Virus record (IMG/VR): IMGVR_UViG_3300027914_001163
Location: 96,001 to 160,000 of that record
From: a virus
Lineage: Duplodnaviria; Caudoviricetes
DNA length: 64,000 bases
Reading direction: 5' to 3' (one strand)
Shown: positions 8,101 through 18,029 of the stretch, one piece after another
Numbering within the stretch: position 1 is the first letter of the stretch
Layout: the number at the start of each line of letters is the position of its first letter
The notes under the pieces: generated by a model
Told to the model about the DNA's origin: nothing
The model's input: only the letters and a program-made list of their open reading frames with translations
Databases searched by the model: none
Translations under genes and position numbers: made by a program

Positions 8101-9416
8101 GTTACCAAGCAATTATCGGAGAATTAAAAAACGTTCGCAAGCATTCAAACGCTGATCGTCTTCAGTTGGCAACTATTTACGGTTGCCAGGTTGTTGTTGA
8201 TCTGAGTGCAAAAGACAACGACAAGGTGATCTATTTTCCCACTGACGGTCAACTCTCAGAGGAATATTGCGCAACCAATAATCTGATCGGAAAAGTCGAT
8301 CCTGAAACCGGTGAGCGCAGCGGTGGATATTTCGACCACAAGCGTAAAGTTCGTGCTCAGAAATTTTGTGGAGAAAAGTCTGACGGTTTCGTTATGCCTC
8401 TTGAATCCGTGGCGTTTACCGGTTACAACATTTCCAAATTCAAAGTGGGAGATCAGTTTGATAACCTGAACGGTGTTGAAATATGCCGGAAGTACATCAC
8501 CAAGAAAACAAGGATGCAGGGAAGCGGTCATAAAAATATGGCACGGCGCATCAAGAAACACTACAAGATGTTCAAGGAGCATATCGACACTGAACAACTG
8601 GCGTATCACATCGGAAGGATTAAAGCCGGTTCTCTGATTTTCTTTTCTGAGAAAGTACACGGAACCAGCGCACGTACCGGCCATGTTCAAGTAGTGTCAG
8701 AACTGCCCAAGTGGAAAAAGATCGTTAATAAAATTGCTCCGATATTTCATGAGAAGTCGGAATGGCAGTACGTGTCAGGAACCAGGCGTGTGATTCTTGA
8801 TAACTTCAACGATCCTGCGAAACAAGGATTCTACGGAACCAATGATTTCAGGAAAGTATGGCATGATGTTTTCCTGGGCAACCTGAGAAAAGGTGAAACG
8901 GTCTATTATGAAATCGTCGGTTGGGTATCAGAAAATACTCCGGTCATGTCGAAGTGTGACAACAAGAAACTCAAGGACAAAGAGTTCCTGAAGATATACG
9001 GTGATGAAACTGTTTTCAAATATGGATGCCTAAATGGAACATCTGACATCTACGTGTATCGTATTACCATGACCAATGAAGACGGATATACAGTTGAGTA
9101 TCCTTGGAGCGCAATGATCGAGCGGTGTAAAGAACTTGGAGTTAAGCCGGTCGTTGAGCTGCACGAACCATATTTCTACGATGGCAATCAAGATACCCTG
9201 ATGAAACTGGCAGAGGAATTGTATGACGGTCCATCCACGATTGACTCTTCTCATATCAGGGAAGGGGTTGTATGCCGTGTGGAGAATGGACTGAACTACG
9301 AAGCCTACAAACACAAGAATTTTATTTTTAAAGTTCTTGAGGGTATCATCAAGGAAAATGATGACGCTGTTGATATGGAAGAAGCCGAAAGTTATCCAGA
9401 AGAGGAAACAGCATGA
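8097..9416 (+). CDS. RNA ligase (Rnl2/DRB0094-like)
   Basis: HSNADRLQ N-terminus, motif I EKVHGT, YEIVG, REGVVCR, YKHK. Confidence 0.85.
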   Translation: MSYQAIIGELKNVRKHSNADRLQLATIYGCQVVVDLSAKDNDKVIYFPTDGQLSEEYCATNNLIGKVDPETGERSGGYFDHKRKVRAQKFCGEKSDGFVMPLESVAFTGYNISKFKVGDQFDNLNGVEICRKYITKKTRMQGSGHKNMARRIKKHYKMFKEHIDTEQLAYHIGRIKAGSLIFFSEKVHGTSARTGHVQVVSELPKWKKIVNKIAPIFHEKSEWQYVSGTRRVILDNFNDPAKQGFYGTNDFRKVWHDVFLGNLRKGETVYYEIVGWVSENTPVMSKCDNKKLKDKEFLKIYGDETVFKYGCLNGTSDIYVYRITMTNEDGYTVEYPWSAMIERCKELGVKPVVELHEPYFYDGNQDTLMKLAEELYDGPSTIDSSHIREGVVCRVENGLNYEAYKHKNFIFKVLEGIIKENDDAVDMEEAESYPEEETA

Positions 9417-9724
9417 AAATAAATATTATTGATAAATCGAGAAACAAGAGATCGAAAGATATAACTCTTAAAGACGGAATGATTTTTGTGCATCTGGAAG
9501 AATCAGAGGCGATTAATCTGATTCGTTCACTCAGTACACAAATATCCAAACGTGATCCAAACAGCGAACGTCTTGAAAGTTATACTCAGGAAGGAACGTA
9601 TTTCTCCATTGCGGTTACTGATTTTCGAATGTCTCAAATGGAATATGATCATCAGCAACGTAAACGTGAACTATATAATAGCGTTGATGATCAAATAAAA
9701 AAAATAAAAGGAGAGAGAGGATGA
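9413..9724 (+). CDS. hypothetical protein
   Basis: Coupled ORF within the RNA-repair operon. Confidence 0.65.
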   Translation: MKINIIDKSRNKRSKDITLKDGMIFVHLEESEAINLIRSLSTQISKRDPNSERLESYTQEGTYFSIAVTDFRMSQMEYDHQQRKRELYNSVDDQIKKIKGERG

Positions 9725-10635
9725 TAAAAGTTATATTTACCAAAGGAATTATCGCATCTGGAAAGACGACATGGGCGAAGCAATTTGTAAAAGATAATCA
9801 GAAATATAAACGAGTCAGCCGTGATGATCTTCGACATATGCTGTCATCGTATACGTTCACTAATGACAATGAGAATATTGTAACTCAGGTTGAACGTGAT
9901 ACTATTAAACAACTTCTGCTCATGGGATACAATCTCGTAATCGATAAACAGAATCTCAACCAACAAGATTTCGCCAACGATAAAAGGTTCATTTTGGATT
10001 TGGTTGATTGGGAGGACACGGTGGAATTCGAGGTTAAAGAATTTCCGATTACCTTATATCAGGCAATTCTCCGTGATAAGGAACGTGAATTTCAAATAGG
10101 TGAAGCAGTCATCACGAAAACCTGGAAGAGATACGAGAAAGATTTACTGGATATGCTTGAGAGAGCGGAAACTGCGACATATCCATTTGACCCTGCGCTT
10201 CCTGGTTGTGTGGTGTGTGATATTGACGGAACACTGGCTATTCGTGGTGATCGTAGTCCGTTTGATTTTTCGAAAGTCGGAGAAGATAAACTCAATAAGC
10301 CGGTTGCTCAACTTCTGGAAAAACTGTGCATCGGGAGAAATCTTGGACAGGGGATAGAAGGTCCGTATGCTATAATTTTTTCGGGACGTGACGATTCGTG
10401 CATGGAAGAAACTATCAATTGGCTCAAAAAACACAATGTATTTTTTGACGAACTGTATATGCGCAAGACCGGTGATAAAAGAAAAGATTCAATTGTAAAA
10501 CGAGAATTGTTTGACAATCATGTTGCCGGTAAATATAATTGTCTGTACTGGATTGATGACCGCCGCCAGGTTATTGATATGGTTCGAAACGATTTGCGAA
10601 TAACGTGCCTGGACGTTGCCGGACACGATTTTTAA
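9721..10635 (+). CDS. polynucleotide 5'-kinase/3'-phosphatase (T4 PseT-like)
   Basis: GIIASGKTT P-loop and SRDDLR; HAD domain CDIDGTLA, SGR, IDDR. Confidence 0.92.
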   Translation: MIKVIFTKGIIASGKTTWAKQFVKDNQKYKRVSRDDLRHMLSSYTFTNDNENIVTQVERDTIKQLLLMGYNLVIDKQNLNQQDFANDKRFILDLVDWEDTVEFEVKEFPITLYQAILRDKEREFQIGEAVITKTWKRYEKDLLDMLERAETATYPFDPALPGCVVCDIDGTLAIRGDRSPFDFSKVGEDKLNKPVAQLLEKLCIGRNLGQGIEGPYAIIFSGRDDSCMEETINWLKKHNVFFDELYMRKTGDKRKDSIVKRELFDNHVAGKYNCLYWIDDRRQVIDMVRNDLRITCLDVAGHDF

Positions 10636-10647
10636 TAGGAGAATACT

Positions 10648-10908
10648 ATGAAAAATTATTACAAGAAAGAGAAACTGGTCCGGGGTGACGTTGTTAAACA
10701 CAAGGAATACGGCAAGGGTGTTGTTGCTGAATATTGCGACGATGGCCGGTTTATCCAGGTGCGGTTCCAGAAAGAGCCTCCCAAGCCAACGAACTACAAA
10801 TTCAGTGCCAATCCGTTCGTGGTTCCCGTTGAAACACTGGAAAAAATACGCTTTAAAAAGGAAACAAAAGTGGTCGATCCGGTGGCCAGTGAACCCGTTA
10901 TAGGATAA
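10648..10908 (+). CDS. hypothetical protein (SH3-like)
   Basis: GDVVKHKEYGKGVV motif, AGGAG RBS. Confidence 0.65.
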   Translation: MKNYYKKEKLVRGDVVKHKEYGKGVVAEYCDDGRFIQVRFQKEPPKPTNYKFSANPFVVPVETLEKIRFKKETKVVDPVASEPVIG

Positions 10909-10918
10909 AAAAAATTAT

Positions 10919-10975
10919 TTTTTTGCACGAATTTTTTCCAAAAGAGTTGACAAATTATCATACTCTTTGTATATT
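10919..10975 (+). promoter_or_regulatory. conserved sigma70-type phage promoter, copy 2
   Basis: TTGACA(10947)-N17-TATATT with upstream TTTTGCACGAATTTT. Confidence 0.75.
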
Positions 10976-11002
10976 GTATAAAGACGATAAGGAGAGTGTG
11001 AT

Positions 11003-11287
11003 ATGGCAGCGGAAGAGATTCTTGAAGAGATAATCCATGACAACGAGCCGATGGAATCAAAGGCTGAAAGGAAGAAAATATCTCAACGGCAGAAGCAGAT
11101 TGAAAAGTCTGCTCGTGCTCGTGAGATGAACGAATTGAACGAGGAAGCCCAACGCCTCTCATTGGAAATAATGATACTGAGAGGAAACGGCAAAAAAGGA
11201 TCGCCGGAACACTTGGCACTTCGGGAAAAACTTCATGCTGCTCATGATCAACGTCTGCAACTCGGATGGAGCAGAATGGAGGAATAA
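11003..11287 (+). CDS. hypothetical coiled-coil protein
   Basis: AAGGAG RBS; first gene after the promoter. Confidence 0.7.
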   Translation: MAAEEILEEIIHDNEPMESKAERKKISQRQKQIEKSARAREMNELNEEAQRLSLEIMILRGNGKKGSPEHLALREKLHAAHDQRLQLGWSRMEE

Positions 11288-11403
11288 TATGCTGATACTT
11301 TTAGGAATCGTAATTATGATTTACGCTATTCTTAAAGGGAATGGCGTATGGGGCTTTATAGCCCTGATAATTCTTTTAGCGTTGATTTGCAAATAAGGAG
11401 GGA

Positions 11404-11781
11404 GTGATGGCTATCAGTTTCAAATGCAGTCGATGCGGAAAAGTTGTTACCGGCAGGGACGAATGTGATGCCGAAGTAAAATTCGATAATCACAAATGCT
11501 CTGTAAAGATCACGAAAGATACTCCGCTGTTTCTCGTGAAGTTGTCAGCATGTCAAAATCCTGATCATGCTGAGAAACAAAATCTTCCGAAGCCTACCTC
11601 AAAAGTTGTTCTCAGTTACAAGGAAGCGTCTGAGGCATGTCGGGCATTTATCAATGAGTATGACCTCGGAGCGGGAAACTGGAAAGGCGGACAAATCTTC
11701 AATCAAGGCAATACGCAAGTGGCTTATGTGTCCTATAATGGAAAAGTATGGGACATGCAGAATAAAGAAATAACCATGTAA
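11404..11781 (+). CDS. hypothetical phage protein
   Basis: GAGNWKGG...VSYNGKVW; GGAGG RBS. Confidence 0.7.
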   Translation: MMAISFKCSRCGKVVTGRDECDAEVKFDNHKCSVKITKDTPLFLVKLSACQNPDHAEKQNLPKPTSKVVLSYKEASEACRAFINEYDLGAGNWKGGQIFNQGNTQVAYVSYNGKVWDMQNKEITM

Positions 11782-11786
11782 GGAGT

Positions 11787-12248
11787 GTGGAAATGAAATC
11801 GTTTAAAATCGGAAAAGTCTATTCCTTCGCTTACGATTCTCAAAGTGGCAAACCGTCAACGCCGATAGAAGACCCGATCTACTGCCGGATGAGCGAGGCC
11901 GAGTCAAAGAAACTTGAAGAAGAACTTCTGTATTCAGCGGATAAGCGCAAAGCCGATTTCGAAGATCGCAAAAGCCGTTACGCCATTATTTTCAAGATGG
12001 CCAAAGAACTCGACCGTATGAAGAAAAAGCGTCAAGCCAAAGAGATACGCCAGAAGGATGCCGAGGAAGTAAATCTCGAACGCAAACTGACCGCCCTGAA
12101 AAACATATACTTTCGCAAAGAGAAGCCTGAACAACTTCCGTATATCAAAGCCAGAAGCCTGTTCTATCGTCAGGGAGCCAAAGAAAAGCGAGACTCCCAT
12201 ATTCGCCCTGTATGCCGGAAAAAAGATCGGAGACAACGGCAAGATTAG
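11787..12248 (+). CDS. hypothetical basic protein
   Basis: 153-aa ORF, AGGAG RBS. Confidence 0.6.
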   Translation: MEMKSFKIGKVYSFAYDSQSGKPSTPIEDPIYCRMSEAESKKLEEELLYSADKRKADFEDRKSRYAIIFKMAKELDRMKKKRQAKEIRQKDAEEVNLERKLTALKNIYFRKEKPEQLPYIKARSLFYRQGAKEKRDSHIRPVCRKKDRRQRQD

Positions 12249-12370
12249 CCACCTGTGGTACGTTATATCCACAGTGAAAGTCTCCAAGAAGCGGATTGAA
12301 ACAGCCATGAAACAATATCTGGCGTTTGACGATTGATATTTATCAAGGGATTAAAAATACTCATCATTTG

Positions 12371-12403
12371 CCCCTGTTGCCCTCTACAACAGGGGATTTT
12401 TTT
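12371..12403 (+). terminator. rho-independent terminator
   Basis: CCCCTGTTG-ccctcta-CAACAGGGG followed by a T-run. Confidence 0.8.
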
Positions 12404-12452
12404 ATTATTAAAAATATATAATTACTTGACAATAACCGTAGGGAGTGTATAA

Positions 12453-13109
12453 ATGCATATCGAGAAAATTATGAGAAAGCGTAGCGAAATTGACAGCGAT
12501 GAAGATTTTATGGACATGTTTGGTTTGACTGATGTTGATTCCAAGATGGTTCAAACAAATACCTTTACGCAACAACTGATTACCATTTACATTGATCGTG
12601 AATTGGGTACACCGGACGAATATCGTGCCGTGTTTAACGCATTGCAGAAAGCGCAGGAATACGATGTGGTTAAAATGGTTATCAATACTCAGGGTGGTTG
12701 TTTGGATACAGCGATGCAGTTGTATCATTATCTCCTTGAAACTCAAGCTACGACCTACGCCGAGATTCATAACGCCTATTCAGCCGGAGCCATTATTGCT
12801 CTGGCCTGTGATGAGATAGAGGTTGCTCGTTATGGTTCCATGATGATTCACTCAATCATTGTACAGTCGTTTGGCAAGATGCACGAGATGGACCAACAGG
12901 TTACCTTCACTCATAAACACGCCCACAGTATTCTCAGTGATGTATTCGACGGATTCCTGACCAATAAAGAAATACAATCTGTCATAAAAGGAAAAGACAT
13001 ATGGCTCTCCGAAGCCGAGATTGTAAAACGATCAAAGAAGTGGATTCCGATTCGTAAGAGAAATATTGTAGTAGATACAGAAGATCATAGGGATAAAGAG
13101 GAAACTTAA
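12453..13109 (+). CDS. ClpP-like protease
   Basis: INTQGG, AYSAGAII (Ser), MMIH (His). Confidence 0.85.
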   Translation: MHIEKIMRKRSEIDSDEDFMDMFGLTDVDSKMVQTNTFTQQLITIYIDRELGTPDEYRAVFNALQKAQEYDVVKMVINTQGGCLDTAMQLYHYLLETQATTYAEIHNAYSAGAIIALACDEIEVARYGSMMIHSIIVQSFGKMHEMDQQVTFTHKHAHSILSDVFDGFLTNKEIQSVIKGKDIWLSEAEIVKRSKKWIPIRKRNIVVDTEDHRDKEET

Positions 13110-13110
13110 T

Positions 13111-13560
13111 ATGTCGGCTCTCAAAATTAAAAACTACACATCCCAGGTAAGCGTCGAGCGCACTGTTTCAATGATCGAAGCAGAGTTAGTTAAGGTGGGG
13201 GCTTCCAAGATTGAAAAGACCTATCTCAATGGCTCTCCTGATGGCGTGATCTTCAGTATCACATTTGATCGTATAGAACTGAGTTATAAACTCCCTGCTA
13301 AAATTGATGCAGCCAAAGAAATATTAAAACAGATTCCAACATACAAGACCAAGAAGAAAGACTGGATTGATGCGCAATCGAAACGTACCGCATGGAAAAT
13401 AATTTACGATTGGGTGTTGGCGCAAGTGGCTATGATCATGCTCCACCAGGCCGATCCAATTCAGATTTTTCTTCCTTATACTTATAACCGCAAAACAGAA
13501 AAAACGTTCTATGAGCAAATCAAAGGTAATCAATTTAAACTGTTAACCGGGGGTGAGTAA
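13111..13560 (+). CDS. hypothetical phage protein
   Basis: KNYTS...RTAWKIIYDWV...FLPY. Confidence 0.75.
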   Translation: MSALKIKNYTSQVSVERTVSMIEAELVKVGASKIEKTYLNGSPDGVIFSITFDRIELSYKLPAKIDAAKEILKQIPTYKTKKKDWIDAQSKRTAWKIIYDWVLAQVAMIMLHQADPIQIFLPYTYNRKTEKTFYEQIKGNQFKLLTGGE

Positions 13561-13757
13561 TGAAAAAATTTCTTCTCAATCAATTTCACTATGCTTGCAT
13601 TGTTATTATAAGCATTGTAGAAATACCATGCTCTCTTGTTGGAATTGTTACATTAGGTAGAGTGGTAGTACGGTGGGATGAGTATTTAGCCCATTGGTTT
13701 CATAATCTTTATTTAAAACTGGAGTACAAGTTTTATGGCGGACGTTCCTCTCTATAA
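13560..13757 (+). CDS. hypothetical protein
   Basis: TAATG-coupled ORF. Confidence 0.5.
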   Translation: MKKFLLNQFHYACIVIISIVEIPCSLVGIVTLGRVVVRWDEYLAHWFHNLYLKLEYKFYGGRSSL

Positions 13758-13944
13758 ATGCAAAGACTGCTATCATAATAAGGAAATGCATGAAAGCCAA
13801 TTCAAAGAACGAACCGTGCGGTGTCGTCTCACTGAACCGTATTCTGATTTTCCACGAGTGGTTCTTGGAAAGGATTATTTTTATTATGTTACCGGTTGTC
13901 CTCGCAAGCCGGAGCCTGACGACACATCAAAAGATTTTACTTAG
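13735..13944 (+). CDS. hypothetical protein
   Basis: CKDC...C...CP, GGAG RBS. Confidence 0.55.
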   Translation: MADVPLYKCKDCYHNKEMHESQFKERTVRCRLTEPYSDFPRVVLGKDYFYYVTGCPRKPEPDDTSKDFT

Positions 13945-13955
13945 GAGCATGTGAT

Positions 13956-14363
13956 ATGTTACGATCTGAACTGCGCCAAATGTCTTTAAAGGAATTACTT
14001 GAATTAAAACATCAATGGATTGAAGATGCCACGAAATCTAAAAAATTTAGTAAATTATTTGCCGTATTGGATGAATTTGGTACAAATGAACCTGATCCGC
14101 AAAGACCTGGCGAAACAAATTATCTATGGGATAAACCAAACAATTTTCTTATTCGTGAAATTCCAAATGGAGAGCAAGTAGAATGTTTTGTAAAAGGAAA
14201 ACTTGTTGTTCGTTCTGGAAGTAATACGTTGTGGGTGCGTGGCGAATGGGAAGAGATTCTTGAAGCATGGTATCAAAAGGTTGTAGAGAAAAGGTCAAAT
14301 GAGCAATATATTGCTGAAGAGAAGGAACGTGAGGCTTTAATTTCCGAACTTTGTGAGATTTAA
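13956..14363 (+). CDS. hypothetical protein
   Basis: 135-aa ORF, AGGAG RBS. Confidence 0.7.
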   Translation: MLRSELRQMSLKELLELKHQWIEDATKSKKFSKLFAVLDEFGTNEPDPQRPGETNYLWDKPNNFLIREIPNGEQVECFVKGKLVVRSGSNTLWVRGEWEEILEAWYQKVVEKRSNEQYIAEEKEREALISELCEI

Positions 14364-14396
14364 GCAATATATTGCTTATCAAGGAGAATAACGATT

Positions 14397-14669
14397 ATGT
14401 TTGAAATGATGCATTTTGATGAATTGTTAACATGCGCTCTGGAAGACATTAAAAAGTCTTGTGATGTTCTTGAGGAAGTATATGATATGCCTCACCGCAC
14501 CACCGAGGATGTCATGCAAAACAGTCCACGAGAAATCAACAGCCTCAGAGAACTTCAAGACCTATTCAGCAAACTCAAGGAAATCAAAGATCGATTTAAC
14601 GCTGAAGCGCAAGCCGACTTTGAGGAATATGAGCGCATGGCCGATATGGAAGATGGGCAGAGGTACTAA
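14397..14669 (+). CDS. hypothetical protein
   Basis: AAGGAG RBS. Confidence 0.7.
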   Translation: MFEMMHFDELLTCALEDIKKSCDVLEEVYDMPHRTTEDVMQNSPREINSLRELQDLFSKLKEIKDRFNAEAQADFEEYERMADMEDGQRY

Positions 14670-14984
14670 ATGGTAAATCTTGCAACAGAACAAGATGTTA
14701 TTCATGTAATGGAAGATCGTGGTTATACACTGTGGGCTACATCGTTTTTTCCAGAGAGCGATATTCCCAAGGTACATTATGATTTTGTCACCGAGGAACA
14801 CAATGGAAATCACTGTACCGTTTATGTGGTTGGCGAAGAAATAACATTTGAATTTGTTTATGCTACCAAGAAAATGGTAGTTCTCAGACTTGGACCGTGC
14901 GGTAGTTTTTTTAACAGAGATCATTTTGTGCGCATGGAAAGAAATTTTAATACTGCTGCTGATAAGGTGCGAGACCTTGATTAA
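14670..14984 (+). CDS. hypothetical protein
   Basis: Abutting ORF, GAGGT RBS. Confidence 0.65.
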   Translation: MVNLATEQDVIHVMEDRGYTLWATSFFPESDIPKVHYDFVTEEHNGNHCTVYVVGEEITFEFVYATKKMVVLRLGPCGSFFNRDHFVRMERNFNTAADKVRDLD

Positions 14985-15293
14985 AGATGGCTTTTGCGAT
15001 AACTCAAAACGATGGGTGATCGCTATCGATATGACGATACTTCCGAAATCATGTCCTTATCAACATGAGAATTTTTGTCAGGATAAAAAATGCGGTTATT
15101 ATAGAGAGATACCAGTAACCAAATATTATCTCAGAAGGTTCAAGGACTTTCTGAAGTTTTAAACATTGCCCGACGAAACCCGTTAAAACCCAGGACGTTT
15201 GGTAACAAAAAGAGTATATTCAATACGCAATAGGTATGCTTTTTTTGGTGTGCCTGAGTATAATTCAAATGAACGGGGTTAATATATCGGCCA

Positions 15294-15905
15294 ATGAACA
15301 AGTATAAGATTGAACATTTAACTATGCCTATGATACGGAAGATCAGGAAAAACAATTCTGATTTTAACATATTCTTCAACGAGAACAAAGGCTTCATTCA
15401 CAACCTGGCACTGAAATTTATGAGAAAAGATGATGATCGCTATAACGATCTGTTTCAGGTAGGATGCATGTCAATGTGTAAGGCATTAGAACGATACAGC
15501 CCCAAGCGCAGCGCATTTTCAACTTTTGCATGGCATGTCATTATGAATGATCTGAAACAGGAAATAAAGAAATATTCGAAACATGCGTATCAGGAAAATT
15601 CAATGGAAGATGATGCTCACTCCTACGATAAAGAATCACACAATGCCACCGATTACCAAGAAAGCAACTGGACACCTTTCATGAGTAAGACTGTTGATGT
15701 TGAGACTCAGATCGTGAATGAATTATCAAAAGAACAACTTCTTAAAACTCTGACTCCTCTTGAACAACAGATTGCAGCTCTTCGAATGGAAAAATATACC
15801 AAGCAAGAAATTTCAAAAATGTTAAATAAGAAAAAAAGTACCGTTCACGAAATTATGCGGTATCTTGTTCATAAACCGGCATATCAAGAGTTAATGGTAC
15901 AATGA
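15294..15905 (+). CDS. RNA polymerase sigma factor (sigma70 family, regions 2 and 4)
   Basis: DLFQVG...KALERYSPKRSAFSTFAWHVI; C-terminal HTH LTPLEQQIAALR..YTKQEISKML. Confidence 0.85.
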   Translation: MNKYKIEHLTMPMIRKIRKNNSDFNIFFNENKGFIHNLALKFMRKDDDRYNDLFQVGCMSMCKALERYSPKRSAFSTFAWHVIMNDLKQEIKKYSKHAYQENSMEDDAHSYDKESHNATDYQESNWTPFMSKTVDVETQIVNELSKEQLLKTLTPLEQQIAALRMEKYTKQEISKMLNKKKSTVHEIMRYLVHKPAYQELMVQ

Positions 15906-16480
15906 AGTTAAAGCGTGGACTAATTTATTATTTCGAGTATGGCAGATGGCACGAAGACCCATATCCCCTCGCCCTGGTGCTGTATGCCGGTGATACTCTT
16001 GTCCATTGCTTGAATCTTCATTACCTCGATGGTCAGTTGAATGATGACCTAATTGCCATGATCACGAAGATAGCACTTGGGAAGCTGGATGCTCGTGATC
16101 AGTATAAGTTTTATCATTCCTACATGAAGCGCAGGATGCCTGGTGTTATCAAAAACGCCTACCGCACGTACAAACCTGGTTATATCCGCAATGTCGTTGT
16201 CGTTTCCAATGGTTTCGAGATAACGCAAGCCTTCCTGGAGAAACTGAGAAAGTTCGCCAAGGTTAAACACCTGACCAAAAAGAAAATCGAAACACAGATC
16301 AAAAAAGAAGTAAAGGCTGTCGGAGAAACGAAGCGTTCGCCGGAGGAGTTGGAGCGTATTCAAAAACTGACTAAACCTCAAATCCATAAAAACGTTTTGA
16401 ATTACATGCGAGAAATTAAAAAAATAGTTCAAGAAAGAATTGACAAACAGAAGGCTAAAATGATAAAAGGGAAGAGATGA
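15902..16480 (+). CDS. DNA end protector protein (T4 gp2-like)
   Basis: DPYPLALV...CLNLHYL...YRTY pattern. Confidence 0.6.
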   Translation: MKLKRGLIYYFEYGRWHEDPYPLALVLYAGDTLVHCLNLHYLDGQLNDDLIAMITKIALGKLDARDQYKFYHSYMKRRMPGVIKNAYRTYKPGYIRNVVVVSNGFEITQAFLEKLRKFAKVKHLTKKKIETQIKKEVKAVGETKRSPEELERIQKLTKPQIHKNVLNYMREIKKIVQERIDKQKAKMIKGKR

Positions 16481-16815
16481 AAGACGACAAAGAAGAAATC
16501 GTAATGTTATCTCAGGAGGAAATTGATAAACTCCTCGAACTTATCAGAATGGGAAAAACGCTGACAGAGATAGGTGAAACGCTTGTCGGCAAGCCTGAAC
16601 CTGTTATTGAAAAAAAGATCGTTGAGAAAATATTATCTCCTCCGAATCCTGAAGTATCCGTTGTTCTGGAATATAAAATTGACGATAAACGGGTTATTCA
16701 TGTTGGGATTAAAAAGCCTCTGGCTTCGAAGGATAAGGATTTTTTGAAGGCTCACGAAGAGACTTATCGAGAACTTCTTGTATCGCTGAATCGATTAGTT
16801 GATTTATCGAGATAA
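16477..16815 (+). CDS. hypothetical protein
   Basis: Coupled ORF; LSQEEIDKLL N-terminal motif. Confidence 0.65.
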   Translation: MKDDKEEIVMLSQEEIDKLLELIRMGKTLTEIGETLVGKPEPVIEKKIVEKILSPPNPEVSVVLEYKIDDKRVIHVGIKKPLASKDKDFLKAHEETYRELLVSLNRLVDLSR

Positions 16816-16818
16816 TAC

Positions 16819-17847
16819 ATGTTAATTACCCTTGAAGCTGTCATCGATTTTATAACCGATGAGGGATTAGGTCCGTACAGAATTAAAAATTCTGATCCTG
16901 ACAGGTGGAAAATAACCATTAACGAACCGGCCATGTGGGGGACTGGAGACCGCAAATATCGTTGCGGTATTTTTGTTGGCAAAATCAATGAACAAAAAAT
17001 GGTTCTCTTTAATGCGTTTAAGGCACGGTCGTTGCTTGGCGATGAATGTCACGGAGATTTTTATAACTTCGTGAGATTGGTTAAAGGTTTCAAGACCAGG
17101 AAAAAAGCGAAAGATTATTTTATCAGGCGTTATGTTTCCAGGCTCGATGCCAAAGACCTTATCAATCAGCGATCTTCGATACACGAACAGGAATCTGAAA
17201 AACCAGAACCAGAGCCGTATATATCCTTTCCAGACCACTTCGAAAAATTTAATCCTGAAATACATCCAGAATATTTTAATTATTTAACCGGTAAAAGAAA
17301 AATACCAGTTGACATTATTAAAACTTTAAAATTATATGTTGATAAGAAACAAGAGCGAATTGTGTTTCCGGTATATGAAGATGGCCGGTTGATATGTTAT
17401 TCTGGTCGAGACATCACCGATTCTATACCATTACCCTGGTTAAAAAGTGAAGGCGAAAATAAATATCCTATATGGAATCTTGAGAATATTTTAGGTACGA
17501 CTGTTTATGTTTTCGAAGGTATTGGTGATGCGGTATATCTTTCAAGCGGTATTGCTTTGTTTGGCGTAGGAACGGATACACAGTTTGAAAAAATATTGGC
17601 TCGTAATTTTTCTAAGATAGTTCTTATTTTTGATAACGATGCACCAGGCCGACTCGCAAAACTGAAATGGGCGAAATGGCTTGCCGAACGTAATCAAAGC
17701 GGCATTTACGTTTATGATTACAACGGTATCGTAGAAAAAGATTTTGGAAAGATGATGGAAAAAAATGTTCCGTTTGAGATAGACAAGAGAATTTATCCGT
17801 GGAACTTCAATACTGAAATGTATATGCGCATGGGGAGAATAATATGA
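16819..17847 (+). CDS. DNA primase (T4 gp61-like, TOPRIM)
   Basis: RIVFPV, SGR, VFEGIGDA, IFDNDAPG, KDFG. Confidence 0.88.
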   Translation: MLITLEAVIDFITDEGLGPYRIKNSDPDRWKITINEPAMWGTGDRKYRCGIFVGKINEQKMVLFNAFKARSLLGDECHGDFYNFVRLVKGFKTRKKAKDYFIRRYVSRLDAKDLINQRSSIHEQESEKPEPEPYISFPDHFEKFNPEIHPEYFNYLTGKRKIPVDIIKTLKLYVDKKQERIVFPVYEDGRLICYSGRDITDSIPLPWLKSEGENKYPIWNLENILGTTVYVFEGIGDAVYLSSGIALFGVGTDTQFEKILARNFSKIVLIFDNDAPGRLAKLKWAKWLAERNQSGIYVYDYNGIVEKDFGKMMEKNVPFEIDKRIYPWNFNTEMYMRMGRII

Positions 17848-18029
17848 AAATAACACTGAATTGCAAAATTCCGAAACCAGGTCCGGATGCAGATTATTTT
17901 GATGAAGCACAAGTCAGTATGGAGATCGAATCAAAAAGTGCAGACATGATTTTTTCTCTTGACGGTAAAGAGGTTTTCAGATTATATTGCAATGACATGC
18001 AAAGAGCAATAAGGGCGTTTGATATATGA
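17844..18029 (+). CDS. hypothetical protein
   Basis: Coupled small ORF. Confidence 0.55.
   Translation: MKITLNCKIPKPGPDADYFDEAQVSMEIESKSADMIFSLDGKEVFRLYCNDMQRAIRAFDI

Noticed and set aside
12426-12453. Promoter TTGACA...TATAAA before the ClpP-like gene
   Set aside because: Spacing is 16 nt and the -10 overlaps the start codon, so it is not supportable.
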